Positions 60,908 to 64,000 of a stretch of 64,000 nucleotides of DNA are shown one piece after another. The DNA is taken from assembly GCA_964016885.1 (NCBI GenBank), contig OZ024741.1:276892001-276956000 (forward strand), given 5' to 3'. Every line of letters starts with the position of its first letter. Within the stretch, counting starts at the first letter, position 1. Made by a program: the position numbers and the translations under genes. This DNA comes from Eledone cirrhosa. Taxonomy: Eukaryota. A model generated the notes under the pieces. That model had not been told where the DNA came from, searched no databases, and saw only the letters and a program-made list of their open reading frames with translations.

Positions 60908-61248
60908 TTTAAGCTTTGTAGGGAGGTGTCCGTCCTCACGTTGCACTGGTAGATCACGTTACGTTCTCGGCATTTGTTGTTGAGGGGGCACGTTGATCTA
61001 TCAGAGCACTTACACTTCCTGGTCGGCTCTCCACTGATGTCTAGGTTATTTCTTCCATAGGGTTGAGTTTTTTGTTGTTTGAGGAGACGATGTTTTGTGC
61101 GAAGTTAGGTGTGGTGCTGTAGGAGAGTTTGGTGGTGTTTTTGTTGATTATGTTGTGGTAGCGGTGTTGTAGTGGAAAGTGTTTAAAGAAGATTTTCCAG
61201 ATAGGTGTTGCCACCTCGGCATTATGGGGAGGAATGAACCACGTTACG
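60908..61248 (-). pseudogene. Penelope-like ORF fragment
   Basis: Reverse strand [56 protein letters not shown], homologous to ORF 39456-40442. Confidence 0.75.
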
Positions 61249-61296
61249 TTGCATATAATATATGCTTCATATACGTCTCCCTAGATTGAATGTATA

Positions 61297-61394
<98 letters not shown>

Positions 61395-61560
61395 AACACA
61401 GAGAGAAAGGTAGACATTCTATCAACTCCCACTGAATCTATATCTATAGTTAATCCCTTCCCTATCAACAATCTTTCACCCTACCCACCACCCCACCCCG
61501 TCCTGACTAATATGCATACCCCCTCCACATCGACCATCACCACCCTCTACTAACCCATCC

Positions 61561-61638
61561 TTCAATCTCATTGAACCATTCAGTCAATGACAGCGACATC
61601 AGAGAGAGAAACATTCCAATACTTGTTGCAGCATCAAA
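61561..61638 (-). ncRNA. Conserved hairpin family, copy 12 (Y type)
   Basis: Same core as copy 9. Confidence 0.45.
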
Positions 61639-61695
61639 TGATTAAAATATCACAAACGTTCGTTTTATAAATGACAAACTTTTATATATATATAC

Positions 61696-61772
<77 letters not shown>

Positions 61773-61931
61773 TATATACACAGGGAGGCCCAAAAGTCGC
61801 AATACATAGGAAATTTTTAAGTTGCCATATTTATTTATTTTGAATAAATTGTTTCTTAAAAAACAATTATTTTGTTTATGTATCGCGACTCTTGGGTCAC
61901 CCTGTATATATATATATATATATATATATAT

Positions 61932-62629
61932 CTAAGGCGGGTAAAATTCCCGAGATCCATGGACGAGTTCTCTCCAGCGGTCTCTGTCCCTCATTATCGC
62001 TGCCATATCCTGCATCTCCAACAGACCAGTGTCTGTCCTTAGGGCATCAACATATGTTAACCTTGGTCTTCCTCTTCTAGTGTGTCCATGTAGGGGCTCC
62101 CAATGGAGCACTGAGTGCAATGTCAACTCTGGATGTCGGTGAGCATGTCCAGCCAACCTCAGTCTTCTCTGTGTCACTTTTGAGCTGACTTTTGGGATGC
62201 TCCCATACAGCTCTGAGTGTTCATCCTCAGAGTATACTGATTAATGTTCAGAGCCATCCTCAGCATTCTCGTGTAGCACCCACCCACCATCTGAGTGAGT
62301 CTCTTTGTCAGTGTCCAAGTCTCAGACCCACACAGCAGCACACACTCCACTACAGCAATGAAGAGGCGGATTTTCAGGTCTCTACGAAGGTCCGACTTCC
62401 ACACCGATCTCAAGCTGTGACACGCCGCCCAGGCCTTGCTCTTCCTCTCAACCACATCATCTTCCGTATTCCCAATCTTTGCTCCCAAATACAGGAAGTC
62501 CTCAACCAATTCCAGCGGCTTCCCACCTACATTAGTGATCCCCTCTGGCTTCTCAACATTCTCTACCAGATATTTTGTTTTAGTCTCATTCATTCTCAGC
62601 CCCACACTCATCGACACAGTCTCAACCAT
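61932..62629 (-). pseudogene. 5'-truncated RTE-type LINE fragment
   Basis: VGLRMNETKTK, DFLYLGA, LLCGSETWTLT, RRLRLAGH, RRGRPRLTY. Confidence 0.85.
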
Positions 62630-63813
62630 ATATATATATGATAATAATAATAGTTTCTAATTTTAGCACAAGGCCACCAATTTTCCAAATGCATTACTGG
62701 TACTTTATTTTATGGACGCCTTTCAGCCCGAGGATCGATCGATCCTGACTCTGGAATCAGTAGCTCGTGAGTTCACATGTAGACTACTTTTATTATTATT
62801 TGTGTATTTGCTGGCCTTGTGCAAAAAAGTAGAAACAATTATTATTATTATTGATGCTCTCTTCCCCACGTGCTCATCGAGTGCTCATCATGGCATACCC
62901 CCTACGGGCGCAATTAATTTCCCCCTCTAATACCTACATATATGTGTGTGTGTGTCTGTGCCTGTGTGTGTGTGTTTGTGTGTGTCTGTGTGGATGGGTG
63001 TGAGTGTGTTATTTGACCAGACATATTGCTGGAAAAGGTGACTACTTGTTTCTAATTAAAAGGGCCAGCCTTGTCACACAATGTGTCAAGCTGGATCTAT
63101 TTCGAGAGACGTCCACCGGGCTCTCCAAAATATACAGGAGAAAGCCTGTTCTTTTCATGTATTCTCTCCTATATATATATACATACAAATATATATAGTG
63201 TTAGAAAGTACAGGGACACAAACAAGAGATGGACATTTCCTCTTCATCCGTTGTCTACTACGGGTCACAAATGTTTCAACGCATTAAAAAAACATCTGTG
63301 ACCCTTAATAGACAATTGATGAAGGGAAAATGTCCATCTCTTGTTTGTGTCCCTTTATTTCTAACACTCGTATTAGTAACCACACAGCCTTGTCCCTCTC
63401 AATCCATATATATATATATATATATATATATAACTAGGAATTGATCAACATATATATAAATAAATATAAACATGAAAAATCACAGGAGATAACTTTTTAC
63501 AAGCGTGTAACCACGCATGGCTTGTAGGTAACAAGGGGAAGATTAATCATTATAAGGTATATATTTTTGAAGTTCTAGTTAACTTTATTTATTTGTTACC
63601 TACAAGCCATGCGTGGTTACACGCTTGTAAAAATCATCTCCTGTGATTTTTCATGTTTATATTTATTTATATATATGTTGATCAATTCCTAGTTATTAAA
63701 ATGCTCGTACTTACAAAGTCCCAGAGCTTATTTTCCGGGCGATATGGCGCATTCCGTTAAGGATTGACACCCATAATTTCGATTCTGATTGAATTCTTTT
63801 AATCTATCTTAAT

Positions 63814-63846
<33 letters not shown>

Positions 63847-64000
63847 GTATATATATATGTATATATATATATGGTGCGGGCCTTCCCTCCTATTCGAGGA
63901 TGATCATTTAGTTGTTCAATTGTTCCGTTAATTGAATTAACTACGCGTTATATTACATGTAATTGACTGAATATTCTACAGACACGAGTATCCTTAACTC

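Overview
Eukaryotic, AT-rich, microsatellite-saturated genomic DNA. The SINE/LINE repertoire suggests an octopus or other cephalopod (inference). No host protein-coding gene is recognisable, and almost all track ORFs are translations of (TA)n, (CA)n, (CATA)n or (ACC)n repeats. The real coding remnants are transposons: two R4/Dong-like RT+RLE LINEs sitting in (CATA)n, three RTE fragments, several Penelope-like (RT/GIY-YIG) pieces whose 3' ends carry hammerhead-ribozyme motifs, a full-length mariner with one stop, Helitron pieces and a decayed hAT-like transposase. tRNA-derived SINEs and MITEs are also present. The most interesting unexplained signal is a family of 12 diverged ~70-nt non-coding hairpins (core GATGCAGCAACAAGTRWTGGAATGTCTCACTGRTGTCGCTGYAGTAGA). 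They show compensatory and G-U-preserving changes, an invariant GGAATGT loop and a conserved downstream cassette. They are dispersed on both strands and are being amplified by a ~5-kb tandem duplication at 48.5-64 kb. This is a candidate lineage-specific small-RNA/structured-RNA gene cluster. A 3-kb codon-preserving TDITTPPP minisatellite and a palindromic Helitron are also notable.
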